A stretch of 64,000 nt of DNA from an uncultured Gemmatimonadales bacterium. GTDB lineage: Bacteria; Gemmatimonadota; Gemmatimonadetes; Longimicrobiales; Gaopeijiaceae. The position numbers and the translations under genes are program-made. The stretch covers positions 320,001 through 384,000 of the forward strand of contig CAWGKG010000012.1 of the NCBI GenBank assembly GCA_963823035.1. The letters run 5' to 3'. Every line of letters starts with the position of its first letter. Within the stretch, counting starts at the first letter, position 1. The notes beneath the pieces are model-generated. The model did no database searches, was not told the DNA's origin, and was given only the letters and a program-made list of their open reading frames with translations. Positions 45,210 to 56,985 of this stretch are shown here, in pieces.

Positions 45210-46392
45210 ATGGAGGCAGACGAACTTCCGGGACAGGACGGTAGGTGGTTCGCATCCGCGCGGTCGAGGGACGCCGCGGGCTGGCCCGCTTCATCGACGT
45301 GCCGTGGCGCATCCTCGGACCGCCGGGAGCATCCGCAGTGGGTGCCCCCCCTGCGCTCCCAGGTGGCCGACCTGCTGGACGACCGGCGGCAATCCGTTCT
45401 ACCGCAACGCGGCACGCGCGCTCTTCGTGGCCGAGGTCGACGGGCGGCCCGTCGGCCGGATCGCGGCCATCGAGAACCGCGCCCACAACGACTTCCACGA
45501 TGACCGCGTCGGCTTCTTCGGCTTCTACGAGTCGATCGACGAACCGGAGGTGACCGGCGCACTCCTCGACGCGGCGGCCGCGTGGCTCGGCGCGCGCGGG
45601 TTGGATACCGTGCGGGGCCCGATGAGCCCCTCGACGAACTACGATTGCGGGATGCTCGCGGACGGCTTCGACGCCCGCTGCACCTTCCTCACCACCTGGA
45701 ATCCACCGTACTACCCCTCGCTCATGGAGCGCTCGGGCATGACCGGCGTCCAGGACCTGGTGGCGTACTTCATCCGCCTGGACAAGGAGCGACCGCCGCT
45801 TTCGCGACGCTTCGTGCGCCTGGTCGAGCGAAGCCGGAAGCAGACGGGCATCACGTTCCGCAGCGCGGACCTGAAGCACTTCTGGAGCGAGGTGGAGCGC
45901 CTCTGGTCCGTGTACGGCTCGGCGTGGGAGGACAACTGGGGATTCGTGCCGGTCACGCGCGAGGAGTTCCGGCACATGGCGAAGGACCTGCGCCACCTCC
46001 TCGTGGACGACTTCATGATCGTTGCGGAGGTCGATGGCGATGCGGTCGGATTCATCCTGGTGGTGCCCGACTACAACGAGGTGCTCCAGGAGATCGGCAA
46101 CGGGCGCCTCTTCCCGACCGGGATCTTCCGCCTCCTCTTCGCGAAGCGACGTCTCCGGGTCGGCCGCATCATGGCCGCCGGCATCCGCCCTGCGTACCGC
46201 GGCGCGAGCATCCTGCCGCTCTTCTTCGACGAGCTCGTCCGGCGTGGCGCCGCCTACGGAGGGGTCGGAGCCGACGCCTCGTGGATCCTCGCCGACAACA
46301 AGCTCATGCGGGCCCCGCTCGACGAGATCGAGGCCGAGGTCACCCGCACCTGGCGCATCTGGGAGCGACCGATCCCACAGGGAGACCGCTGA
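45210..46392 (+). CDS. YghO-like N-acetyltransferase-fold protein (5' frameshifts)
   Basis: GRIAAIEN, GFFGFYE, NPPYY, AWEDNWGFVP and SWILADN. Confidence 0.8.
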
Positions 46393-48187
46393 TGAACGTC
46401 GTGCGCACCCGTGCCGGTTCCGCCCGTGCCCTCGCCTCGAGCGCCGCGCTCGCCTGCGGCCTCGGCCGTCCCGTCCGGCGCACACGCCCAGCGCAGCCTC
46501 CAGATCGAGCGCTTCGACGCCACGATCCGGGTCGAGAAGTCGGGATGGATCGACGTGCGCGAGGAGATCCAGGTCCACTTCACGGGGTCGTGGAACGGCA
46601 TCTTCCGCACGATCCCGGTCGAGTACACCACGCCGCAGGGCTTCTCCTACCGCCTGTTCCTCGAGGACGTGACCGTCACCGGCACGGGCGGCGAGCCCTA
46701 CGAGTTCATGTCGTCGCGCGAGCGGCACTACCGCCAGCTCAAGATCCGCGTGCCCGGTGCGGACGACGCCACGCGCTCGGTCTTCATCCACTACCGCGTG
46801 CCGAACGCGCTCAAGTTCTGGGACGAGTACGACGAGCTGTACTGGAACGTCACCGGGGACGAGTGGGAGATGCCCATCCGGGCGGCCACCGCCATGGTGA
46901 TCCTCCCCGACGGCGCGGCGGGCACGCGCACGGCCTCGTGGACCGGCGGATACGGTGCGACCGAGGACGCCGCATCGGTGCAGGCGACCGACGACGGCTT
47001 CTTCTTCGAGACCCGCCGACCGCTCAACTACCGCGAGGGTCTGACGATCGCGGTGGCGTGGAACCCCGGCGTGGTGGCGCGCCCCACCCGGCTCGACAAG
47101 ACCGTCCGCTTCCTGCGGGCGAACTGGCTCCTCCTCCTGCCGCTGGTCAGCCTGGCCTTCATGTGGCGCCTCTGGTCACGCAGGGGACGCGACCCCGCGA
47201 AGCTCACCGTGTCGCCCCAGTACGGCCCGCCCGAGGAGCTGAGCCCCTCCGAGGCCGGCACGCTGGTGGACAACAGGCCCGACCTGCGGGACATCACCGC
47301 CGCGCTCGTGGACCTGGCCGTGCGGGGCTACCTGCGCATCGAGGAGGTCGAACCGGACGGGCTGCTCTCCCGCTGGGTCGGCAAGACCGACTACGCGCTC
47401 GTGCCCCTGAAGCCCAAGGAGAGTTGGTCGGAGCTGCGAGCGCACGAGCGGGAGGTTCTCCGCGGCGTCTTCGGAAGCGCTCGAGATCGCGGGGATACCG
47501 GCGGCCGTGAAGATGTCCGACCTCCAGCACGAGTTCTACGAGCATCTCCCCACGATCCGCACGGGGATCTTCAACGAGCTGATCCGGCGCGGGTACTACG
47601 ACCAGCGACCCGACAAGACGCTGGGCCGGTACATGGTGGCGGGGGTGATCGTGCTCGTGGCGGGGCTGGCGCTGGGGCTGCTGGCGGCCGATCGCCTGGG
47701 CCTCTCGCACCTGACCGCCGTCCTGGCCGCGATCGGCATGGCCGTGCCGGTCTTCGTGTTCGGCGCGCTCATGCCGTCGCGGACGGTGAAGGGCGCGCGG
47801 GTCCGCGAGCGCGTACTCGGCTTCGAGGACTTCCTCGACCGCGTGGAATCGGACCGCTTCAAGCGGATGATCACCTCGCCCGAGATGTTCGAGCGCTTCC
47901 TCCCGTACGCGATGGCGTTCGGCGTCGAGCGGAAGTGGGCTGCGGCGTTCGAGAACCTCTACACGGAGCCTCCGACGTGGTACGTCGGCGCGTGGGACGG
48001 CGGCTTCCGCACCACGCACTTCGTCAGCAGCATGGGGAGGATGTCGACGGCGGCCTCCACCGCGCTCGGCTCGGGGCCGCGGAGCAGCGGCGGCTCGGGG
48101 TTCGGCGGCGGAGGCGGAGGCGGGTTCAGCGGCGGCGGTGGCTTCAGCGGAGGTGGCTTCGGCGGAGGGGGCGGGGGAGGCTGGTAG
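46392..48187 (+). CDS. DUF2207-domain membrane protein (frameshifts)
   Basis: NGIFRTIP, ELYWNVTGDEW, DLAVRGYL, FERFLPYAMAFG and a Gly-rich tail ending GGGGGW. Confidence 0.9.
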
Positions 48188-48237
48188 GGGCTGAAACCTC
48201 TCGTCACACCCCCTCGTAGGTCACACTCGACGACGGT

Positions 48238-48256
48238 TGCATCCGCGACGGATGTA
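48238..48256. promoter_or_regulatory. Palindrome, candidate PadR operator
   Basis: TGCATCCGCGACGGATGTA lies 25 bp upstream of padR and is flanked by CACTCGA/TCGAGTG. Confidence 0.5.
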
Positions 48257-48280
48257 TTCGAGTGAACCCGCGAGGCCGAC

Positions 48281-48628
48281 ATGACCGGACGCCCCGAGCT
48301 CGACGCCCTGCTCCCCCTGACATCCACCGTCTTCCACGTCCTGGTGGCGCTCGCCAGCGAGCCCCGCCACGGCTACGCCATCGCCCGCGAGGTCGAGGAG
48401 CTGACCGACGGGCGCATCACGATGGGCCCGGGCACGCTGTACGGCTCGCTGCAGCGGATGACCGAACGCGGGCTGATCGCCGAAACGGAGAACCCGGGGG
48501 ACGACGGGACGCACGCCGACCGCCGGCGCTACTACCGCATCACGCCCCTCGGGAGCGCGGCGCTCCGCGCGGAGTCCGAGCGGCTCACGCGCGCGGTCGC
48601 GGTGGCCCAGCAGCGATTGGGCACATGA
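48281..48628 (+). CDS. PadR-family regulator
   Basis: PRHGYAI, GPGTLYGSLQRM and RRRYYRITPLG. Confidence 0.92.
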   Translation: MTGRPELDALLPLTSTVFHVLVALASEPRHGYAIAREVEELTDGRITMGPGTLYGSLQRMTERGLIAETENPGDDGTHADRRRYYRITPLGSAALRAESERLTRAVAVAQQRLGT

Positions 48629-51327
48629 CGACCGATCCCGACCGCGTCCGTCGGCTCTACCGTCGGCTGCTGCGACTCTATCCGGAGGCGTTCCGCGAGC
48701 GCTACGAGGCGGACCTCCTCCAGGTCTTCGACGACCGGCGCCGCGAGCCGCGCTTCCGGGGCACCGTGGGCGGGCTGCGTCTGGTGCTCTTCCTTCTGCG
48801 TGACTTCGCGACTTCCATGCCGCTGGCGACGGATCGCCGGGCCGAGCCCCTGGGTGGGGACGATGATGAGCGACCTGTTGCAGGACCTGCGCTACGCCTT
48901 CCGCATGCTGGTGAAGAACCCGCTGTTCACGGTCGCGGCCGTCGTCACCCTCGCGCTCGGCATCGGCCTGAACGCCGCGACGTTCTCGGCGGTGAACGGG
49001 CTCCTCCTGCGGCCGCTGCCGGGCGCGCGGGATCCGGACCGCCTCGTCCAGCTCTATCGAGCGTGGCCGGGCATGGAGTACGGCTCCAACTCGATCCCCC
49101 ACTACCAGGATCTGCGCGACCGCACGGGCGACGCCTTCGAGAGCGTGGCCGCCTGGTACTTCGCCCCGATGTCGGTCTCGGCCGACGGGCGCAGCGAGCG
49201 GATCATGGGGATGATGGTGAGCGCCGAACTTCTTCCAGACCTACGGCGTGACGCCGGTCCTGGGGCGCGCGTTCATCCCGGGCGAGGAGTCCGTCGGACC
49301 GGGCGCCCACCCGGTGGCGATCCTGGGCAACGGCTTCTGGCAGGAGCGTTTCGGCGGAGATCCGGCGGTGGTGGGCCGCACGCTGTCCTGAACGGCCACC
49401 CCTTCGAGGTGGTGGGCGTCGCGCCGCGCGGACTTCAGGGGCCCCGTGACCTTCGCCAGCGTCCCGGTCTACGTGCCGCTGATGATGCAGATGCAGATCG
49501 ACCCCGGGCAGAACCTGCATCGAGTCCCGGGGCAACAACATGATGAACGTCGATGGCCCGCCTGCGCGACGGCGTCACGCTCGAGCGCGCCCAGGAGGTC
49601 GTGGACGCGCACCCTCGCCCAGCTGCGCGAGGAGCTTCCCGACTCCTACGACGACCAGGTGGGCACCACGCTCGTGCCGCAGAGGAGACGCGGGCATCCA
49701 CCCGATGTTCCGGAGCGCCCAGGTGCGGAATGAGCGCCGTGATCATGGCGGTGGTCTCGCTCCTGCTGCTGATCGCCTGCGTGAACGTGGCGAACCTCTT
49801 CCTGGCGCGGGCCCGGGAGCGCCGCCGGGAGATGGGCATCCGCCTGAGCCTGGGGGCCGGCCGGTTCCGCATCGTCCGCCAGCTCCTCACGGAGAGCCTG
49901 GTGTTCAGCCACGCTCGCCGGCCTCGCCGGCCTCGGGCTGGCCCAGCTTGCCGTAGGGGTGCTGTCGAACATCCGCCCGCCGATGGACGGGCCCTGGCAC
50001 TTCAGCGTCGAGATGGACGACCGCGTGCTCCTCTTCACGCTCGGCGTCTCCCTCCTGACCGGCGATCGTCTTCGGCCTGGCCCCCGCGCTGCAGGCGGCG
50101 CGAGCCCGAGGTCGTGTCCGCGGTGAAGGGCGAGTCCGCGCGGCAGGGCGGGACGGTCGCGCATGAGCAGCGGCCTGGTCGTCGTGCAGATCGCGCTTTC
50201 GCTCCTGCTGCTGGTGAGCTCCGGCCTCTTCCTCCGGAGCCTCCAGGGCGCCACGGAGATCGATCCCGGCTTCGACGAGCCGGCGCAACCTCGTGACCGC
50301 GGCCGCCGATCCGGGCCTCCAGGGATACGACGAGGCGCGCTCGCGCGCGTTCTGGGACGACGTGCTCGCAGCAGGTGGGCGCGCTCCCCGAGGTGCGCGC
50401 GGTCGGGTCTCACCGACTGGCTTCCCCTGGGGATCAGCGGCTCCGACCGCGGCGTGACGATCCCCGGGTACGAGTTCGCGGAGGGAGAGCTGCAGAGCTT
50501 CATCTACGCGAAGGTCACCGAGGGCTTCCTCGAGGCGCTGGGCATCGACCTGGTCGAGGGCCGCACCTTCACCGCGCCAGGACGACGCGAGCGGCGCGCC
50601 GGTCATCATCGTCAACCAGCGCATGGCGGAGCACTTCTGGCCCGGCGAGTCGGCGATCGGGAAGATCGTCCACACGGCGGGACAAGGACCGCCAGGTCGT
50701 GGGCGTCGTCGCGAACGGGAAGTACCGCAGCCTCGGCGAGGCGCCCACGGACATGATGTTCCTGCCGCAGCGTGAGCTGTTCGCGTCGGGGATGGCGATC
50801 GTGGCCCGCACCTCCGGCGACCCGCAGGCGGTGATGCGCCGCATCCAGCAGATCGTGCGCGCCGAGGACCCCGACCTGCCGGTCTTCGACGTGCGCACCA
50901 TGGAGGACCACATGGGCATCGCGCTGCTGCCCGGCGCGGCTGGGCGGCTCCGTCCTCGGCCTGTTCGGGGTGCTCGGCCTGGTGCTGGCCGCGGTGGGCA
51001 TCTACGGCGTGATGGCGTACTCGGTCGCCCAGCGCAGGCGCGAGCTGGGCATCCGGGTCGCCCTGGGCGCGGACCGGGGCAGGGTGCTCCGGCTGGTGCT
51101 CGGCGAGGGGCTCAAGCTCGCGGTGATCGGCACCGTGCTCGGCCTGGTCGGCGCGGCCGCCGCCGCCCGGCTCGTGCGCGGCCTGCTCTACAACGTCAGC
51201 TCCCTCGATCCCGTCGCCTTCGTCGGGCGTGCCGCTGCTTCTGGTGGGCGTGGCGGCCCTCGCGGTCTACATCCCGGCGCGGCGCGCCGCGGGCCTCGAG
51301 CCGATGCGCGTGCTCAAGTCGGAGTAG
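48625..51327 (+). CDS. ADOP-type duplicated MacB/FtsX permease (many frameshifts)
   Basis: [32 protein letters not shown] and [29 protein letters not shown]-coupled to padR; no ATPase gene nearby. Confidence 0.9.
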
Positions 51328-51962
51328 CGGCGGCGAGGGCGGAGCGGTACGCCTCGTCCACCTCCCCGGGCGAGGCGACCGCGAAGCCCAGGTCGCGCAG
51401 CAGCCCGTCCGAGAGGCCGTAGATCCAGCCGTGCACGGTGAGCGGCTGCGCCCTGCGCCATGCGTCCTGCACGATCGTCGTGCGGCACACGTTCACGGCC
51501 TGCTCCAGGACGTTCAGCTCGGCCAGCCGATCCACCGCGGCGTCCCCGTCCAGAGGCGTCGAGCTCGTCCGCGTGGCGGACCGCCACGTCCTCGACGTGG
51601 CGGAGCCAGTTGTCCACCAGACCCGACGGCTCGTGCCTCCACGCCGCCTTGACGCCGCCGCAGCCGTAGTGGCCGCACACGATCACATGCGGCACGCGCA
51701 GCACCTCGACCGCGAACTGGAGCACCGACAGGCAGTTCAGGTCCGTGTGCACGACCACGTTGGCCACGTTCCGGTGGACGAACAGCTCGCCGGGCGGCAG
51801 GCCGACGATCTCATTGGCCGGCACGCGGCTGTCGGCGCATCCGATCCAGAGGTACGTGGGGTTCTGCTCGCGGGCCAGCTCGGCGAAGAACGACGGGTCC
51901 TGGGCCAGGTGGCCCTCGGCCCACAGGCGGTTGTTCCTGAACAGCTCGGGAAGATGTCTCAT
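51314..51962 (-). CDS. can: Beta-class carbonic anhydrase (frameshift near 51550)
   Basis: WIGCADSRVP, FVHRNVAN, CGHYGCGG and VHGWIY. Confidence 0.93.
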
Positions 51963-52059
51963 GGTGGCCGAACTCTAAGGCGCCGCGCTCATCCGGGCGA
52001 GGCTGGACGCCAGGACGAACGGCCTTGACCTACGGGGCGCAGGGCCCAGAGTATCGGTC

Positions 52060-52146
52060 ATGACCGCTTCGTATCGGACCCGGCGATTTAGCGCCCACTC
52101 CCGCAGATTCCTGCCGGGGTGCGACATCCGCGTCCGTACGACGTAG
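52060..52146 (+). CDS. Candidate 28-aa leader peptide upstream of the chorismate mutase gene
   Basis: MTASYRTRRFSAHSRRFLPGCDIRVRTT*, located between a TTGACC box (52025) and a terminator hairpin. Confidence 0.45.
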   Translation: MTASYRTRRFSAHSRRFLPGCDIRVRTT

Positions 52147-52171
52147 CGGTCGACACCAGCCCGAGTGACCC

Positions 52172-52212
52172 GAGGCGGTCCGGCAGACGATGCCGGGCCG
52201 CCTCTTTCGTTT
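52172..52212 (+). terminator. Intrinsic terminator/attenuator hairpin 5' of chorismate mutase
   Basis: GAGGCGGTCCGGCA-GACGA-TGCCGGGCCGCCTC (14-bp stem with one G-U pair) followed by TTTCGTTT. Confidence 0.75.
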
Positions 52213-52235
52213 CCCCCACCGTCCCCGAGAGACCG

Positions 52236-52574
52236 ATGGAGACCCACCCGACCCCACCCAGCCCGGAGCCGCCCGAGCTGCGCGCGATCCGCGGCGAGAT
52301 CGACCGCCTCGATCAGGAGATCCTCACGCTCATGGCGCGGCGCTTCGGCTTCGCCATCGACACGCTGGCCGTGAAGGCGCGCCACGGGCTGCAGGTGGCG
52401 GACTCCCGCCGCGAGGCCCAGGTCGTGCGCAACGCCGCGGCGCGCGCACGCGAGCTCGGCCTCGAGCCCGAGCTGGTACGGGACATCTACTGGCGCATCA
52501 TCGAGCTGTCCCGCCAGGCGCAGCGTCGCCTCGCGCCGGACAGGGGCGCCCTGAGCGGTGGAGGAGCCGCGTGA
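52236..52574 (+). CDS. Chorismate mutase (AroQ type)
   Basis: LRAIRGEIDRLDQEIL.L.ARR, K, DSRREAQV and IIELSRQAQ. Confidence 0.88.
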   Translation: METHPTPPSPEPPELRAIRGEIDRLDQEILTLMARRFGFAIDTLAVKARHGLQVADSRREAQVVRNAAARARELGLEPELVRDIYWRIIELSRQAQRRLAPDRGALSGGGAA

Positions 52575-53394
52575 CCGTCGTCGCCATTCAGGGGGAGCGC
52601 GGCGCCTTCAGCCACGCCGCGGCGAGGCACGTGGTGGGAGGGGACCCGGAGATCCTCGCCTGCCGCACCTTCGAGGAGCTCTTCGCGGCCGTCGCGGGCG
52701 GGCGGGCCGAGCTGGGCATCGTGCCGGTCGAGAACACGCTGGCCGGTCGGTTCAGCGCAACCTCGACCTCCTCGTCCACCACACGCTGCACGCGGTCGCG
52801 GAGACGCGCGTGCGCATCGGCCTGTGCCTGGTGGCGCCGCCCGGTCGGCATCTCGAGGAGGTCGCGTCGGCGGCGTCCCACCCGGTGGCGCTCCAGCAGT
52901 GCCACGGCTTCTTCCGGGACCATCCGGGGATCGAGGCCGTGGTGGCCTACGACACGGCCGGCAGCGTACGCGATCTGCTCGAGGGCCGCGGCGACTACGA
53001 TGCGGCCATCGGCTCCGCGTTGGCCGCCGAGCTCTACGGCGGGGAGGTGCTCCTGGACCACATCGAGGACGATCCGGCCAACTTCACGCGCTTCCTCGCC
53101 GTCGCGCGCGAGGCCTACCCGACGCCCGGGGACGGCGCGAAGACGTCGATCGCGTTCACGGTGCCGCACCGTCCCGGCTCGCTGCACGAGGCACTCGGCT
53201 TCTTCGCCCGGCGCGGCGTGGACCTGACGCGACTCGAGTCGCGGCCCATTCCCGGGACGCCGTGGGAGTACCGCTTCTACGCCGACCTGCGCGGGGTGCC
53301 GCTCGCCGAGCAGCTCGCGTGCGTGGAGGAGCTGCGGGCGGCGGGGAGCGAGGTGCGGGTGTTGGGGAGCTACGCGGAGGCGGGCGTCGGGTGA
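52571..53394 (+). CDS. pheA: Prephenate dehydratase (frameshift near 52750)
   Basis: QGERGAFS, VPVENT, SHPVALQQC, NFTRF, LTRLESRP and VLGSY. Confidence 0.92.
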
Positions 53395-53430
53395 CGGGCT
53401 TGCGGGGGGTTCCTCGAGCTCGGGTGCAGG

Positions 53431-53544
53431 CTCTCTGCGTCCTCCTTTCTTTTTCACCACAGAGGACGCAGAGGACGCAGAGGACGCAGAGAAGGGACTT
53501 CAATTTGTGGTCCTCTGCGTCCTCTGCGTCCACTGTGGTGAAAA
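53431..53544. repeat. REP-like palindrome built from 9-bp GAGGACGCA tandem units
   Basis: 35-bp arms TTTTCACCACAGAGGACGCAGAGGACGCAGAGGAC and GTCCTCTGCGTCCTCTGCGTCCACTGTGGTGAAAA (1 mismatch). An extra unit sits at 53431; the element lies between convergent genes. Confidence 0.85.
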
Positions 53545-53582
53545 CGCACGCGAGGCCCCAAGGACACCCGTCACCCGACGCC

Positions 53583-54893
53583 CTACACCAGGATGGCCGT
53601 AGGCTCCTCGAGCATCGCCCTGAGCGTCGCCAGGAACCGCGAGCCCTGCGCTCCGTCGATCACGCGGTGGTCGCAGCTCATCGTGATGCGCATGCGCGGC
53701 CGCACCACCACCTCGCCGTCCACCACGACCGGCGTGTCCTCCATGCCGCCCACGGCCAGGATGCCCGCCTCGGGCGGGTTGATGATCGCCGTGAACTCGT
53801 GGATGCCGAACATCCCCAGGTTCGAGACCGAGAAGGTCGAGCCCGTGTACTCGTCGGGCATGAGCTTCTTCTCGCGGGCGCGGCCGGCCAGCTCCCGCAC
53901 CTCCGCGGCGATCTGCGCGATGCCCTTCAGGTGGGCGTTCTTCACGACCGGCGTGATCAGCCCGTCCTCGATGGCGACGGCCACGCCGAGGTGCACGGCG
54001 TTGAAGCGGCGTACGTGCGTCCCGTGCCACTGCGCGTTGCAGTCGGGGTGACGGCGGAGCGCGCCGGCCACCGCCTTCAGCAGGATGTCGTTGATCGACA
54101 CCTTCTCGCCGCTCTTCTCGAGCATCGCGTTGATGCTGCGGCGCGCCTCCACCACCCGGCCCATGTCGATGTCGACGGTGAGGAAGAAGTGCGGCACCGG
54201 CCCGATCGACTCGACCAGCCGCTTGGCGATCGTCTTGCGCATCTGCGAGACGGGCACGTCCTCGTACTCGGCCTCGTCGGGCGTCCACATCGCGGCGCCG
54301 GCCGCGGGCGCCGGCGACGCCGCTCTCCTTCGCGGCCTCGACGTCGCGCTTCACGATCCGGCCGCCGGGGCCCGAGCCCTCGACACGCGCGAGGTCCACG
54401 CCCAGGTCGTCGGCGAGGCGCCGCGCGAGCGGGGACGCCTTCACGCGTCCGCCGTCGGTGGACGCCGCGGGAGCCGGTGCGGTGGCGGTCGCCGCGCCCG
54501 CCGTTGCCGGCGCCTGCTCGCGGGCGGGAGCGGCCTGGCGGGCTCTTCGCCTCCGGCTGAGCCGGGCCCGTCGCGGGCTTCGCTTCCTCCGCGGGCTTCG
54601 CGGCCGCGCGGGGCCCCGCCGCCCGACGCGCCTTCGACGTCGGAGATGTCGTCGCCGGCCGCCGCGATGACCGCGATCACCTCACCCACCGGCGCGGTGC
54701 CGCCCTCTCCGAGGAAGATCTTGCGCAGGGTGCCGTCGCCGCGGGCGACCAGCTCCATGGTGGCCTTGTCCGTCTCGATCTCCGCGATGACGTCGCCGTT
54801 GGCGATGGCGTCGCCCTCGGACTTGAGCCACCTGACGAGCTGGCCCTCCTCCATGGTGGGGGAGAGGGCTTCCATGTGGACTTTCGTGATCAT
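53583..54893 (-). CDS. pdhC: Pyruvate dehydrogenase E2 (frameshifted)
   Basis: [15 protein letters not shown] lipoyl site, [10 protein letters not shown] and DHRVIDGA. Confidence 0.93.
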
Positions 54894-54919
54894 CGGATCG
54901 TCATGCCGTGGGTGGGCCC

Positions 54920-55903
54920 TCACCGGTACAGCACCTTGTTGCAGGCCTCGACCACGCGGTCGGCGCTGGGCTTGGCCATCATCTCGAGGTTCTTCGCGTA
55001 CGGCATCGGCACATCGGCCTGGGTGACGCGCAGCACGGGCGCGTCCAGCCAGTCGAACGCCTCCTCCTGGATGGTCGCCACGATCTGCGCGCCCACGCCG
55101 AGGTAGGTCCAACCCTCCTCCAGGTAGACGGCCCGGTTGGTCTTCTTGACCGTCTCGACGATCGCGTCGACGTCGAGGGGGCGCAGCGTGCGCAGGTCGA
55201 GCACGTCGGCCTCGATGCCGTCCTTCTCCAGCTTGCTGCGCGGCCTGCAGCGCCACGTGGATCATCTTCCCGTGCGTGATGATCGAGACGTCCGAGCCCT
55301 CGCGCTTCAGGTCCGCCACGCCGAGCGGGATGACGAAGTCGTCGTCGTCAGGGACCTCGCCCTTGAAGTTGTAGAGCAGCTCGCCCTCCATGAACGCGAC
55401 CGGGTCGTTGTCGCGGATGGAGGCCTTCAGCAGCCCCTTCGCGTCGGCCGGCGTGCCGGGCACGACCACCTTCACGCCGGGCGAGTGCAGGTAGTAGGTC
55501 TCCACGGCGACGGAATGCTGCGCCGACAGCTGCAGCGCCGCCCCCGTCGGACCGCGGAAGACGATCGGGAATCGGGAACTGCCCGTTGCTCATGTAGAGC
55601 ATCTTGGACGCCGAGTTGATGACCTGGTCGATCGCCAGGAAGGCGAAGTTGAAGGTCATGAACTCGATCACCGGACGCAGGCCGGCCATGGCGGCGCCGA
55701 CGCCCAGCCCGGCGAAGCCGAGCTCGCTGATCGGCGAATCCACCACGCGGCGTGGCGCCGAAGGTCTCGAGCAGCCCCTTGGACACCTTGTAGGCGCCGT
55801 CGTACTCGGCGACCTCCTCGCCCATGAGGAAGACGTCCGGGTCGCGCTCCATCTCCTCGCGCAGCGCCTGGTTGAGCGCCTCGCGGTAGGTCATCACAGC
55901 CAT
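54920..55903 (-). CDS. pdhB: Pyruvate dehydrogenase E1 beta (frameshifted)
   Basis: [26 protein letters not shown] and DLRTLRPLD. Confidence 0.93.
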
Positions 55904-56985
55904 GGCACGCCCTCCCGCCCGTCGAAGCGCAGTCGGCCGCGCACGTCCAGATCGGCCCACACGTGCTCGTACAGCGCGTCGGGACCGGGCGCCGGAGCCG
56001 CTTCGCGCGGCTTCCGCCGCATCGGCGACGATCTCCCGCACCTCGGCGTCCATCGCCTCGAGCGTCGTCCTGGTCCAGGTGGCCGCCGTCGAAGAGGCGC
56101 TCGCGCAGGAGCACGATCGGGTCCTGCTCCTGGGTGTGCTGCTCGACCTCGTCCTTCGACCGGTACGTCCCCGAGACCGGGTCCGACATGGAGTGGCCGC
56201 GGAAGCGGTAGGTGCGCACCTCGACGAAGCGGGGCCCGCCGCCCGAGCGCACCTCCTCGGCCAGGTCGCGGAAATGCGCGTAGGTCGCCAGCACGTCCTG
56301 GCCGTCCACCTCGCTCGCCGGGATGCCGTAGGGCGACGCCTTCTGGACGATCTCGGTGAGCGACACCCGTCGGAAGGCCGTGCCCATCCCGTACTCGTTG
56401 TTCTCGACCACGTAGATGGCCGGCAGCTCCCAGATGGCCGCCATGTTCAGCGCCTCGTGGAAGGCGCCCTGGTTGACCGCGGCGTCGCCCATGAAGCAGA
56501 CCACGACGTTGTCCTCGCCGCGGTACTTGATCTTCCAGGCGATGCCGGTGCCGAGCGGGATCTGGCCACCGACGATGCCGTGGCCGCCCATGAAGCGCAC
56601 GTCGCGGTCGAAGATGTGCATCGAGCCGCCCTTGCCGCCCGAAGCGCCCGTCGGCGCGGCCGTACAGCTCGGCCATCACCGCGGCGGGCGCCACGCCCTT
56701 GGCGAGCGCCTGCGTGTGCTCCCGGTAGGCGCTGATCACGTAGTCGTCGGTGCGCAGCGGCTTGATGCAGCCGGCGGCGGCGGCCTCCTGGCCGATGTGC
56801 AGGTGGCAGAAGCCGCCGATCTTGCCGATGGCGTACCCCTCCTCGGCCTTCTCCTCGAAGCGGCGGTAGAGCAGCATCTCGCGGAGCAGCTCCACGGCCA
56901 GCTCGGGGCTCACCCCGTGCTCGCCCAGCACGTCGGAGCTCGTGGAGCGCTTCTTGGTCGTGTTCGTCTGCGCCATGGGCGTCAC
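55894..56985 (-). CDS. pdhA: Pyruvate dehydrogenase E1 alpha (frameshifted)
   Basis: [24 protein letters not shown] and [11 protein letters not shown]. Confidence 0.93.
   Translation of the reverse strand: MTPMAQTNTTKKRSTSSDVLGEHGVSPELAVELLREMLLYRRFEEKAEEGYAIGKIGGFCHLHIGQEAAAAGCIKPLRTDDYVISAYREHTQALAKGVAPAAVMAELYGRADGRFGRQGRLDAHLRPRRALHGRPRHRRWPDPARHRHRLEDQVPRRGQRRGLLHGRRRGQPGRLPRGAEHGGHLGAAGHLRGREQRVRDGHGLPTGVAHRDRPEGVALRHPGERGGRPGRAGDLRAFPRPGRGGALGRRAPLRRGAHLPLPRPLHVGPGLGDVPVEGRGRAAHPGAGPDRAPARAPLRRRPPGPGRRSRRWTPRCGRSSPMRRKPREAAPAPGPDALYEHVWADLDVRGRLRFDGREGVPWL

Noticed and set aside
48085..48187. GGC-rich tandem repeat
   Set aside because: It encodes the normal Gly-rich tail of DUF2207 proteins.
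53461..53530. Possible CRISPR array
   Set aside because: The units are 9 bp with no spacers and there are no cas genes.
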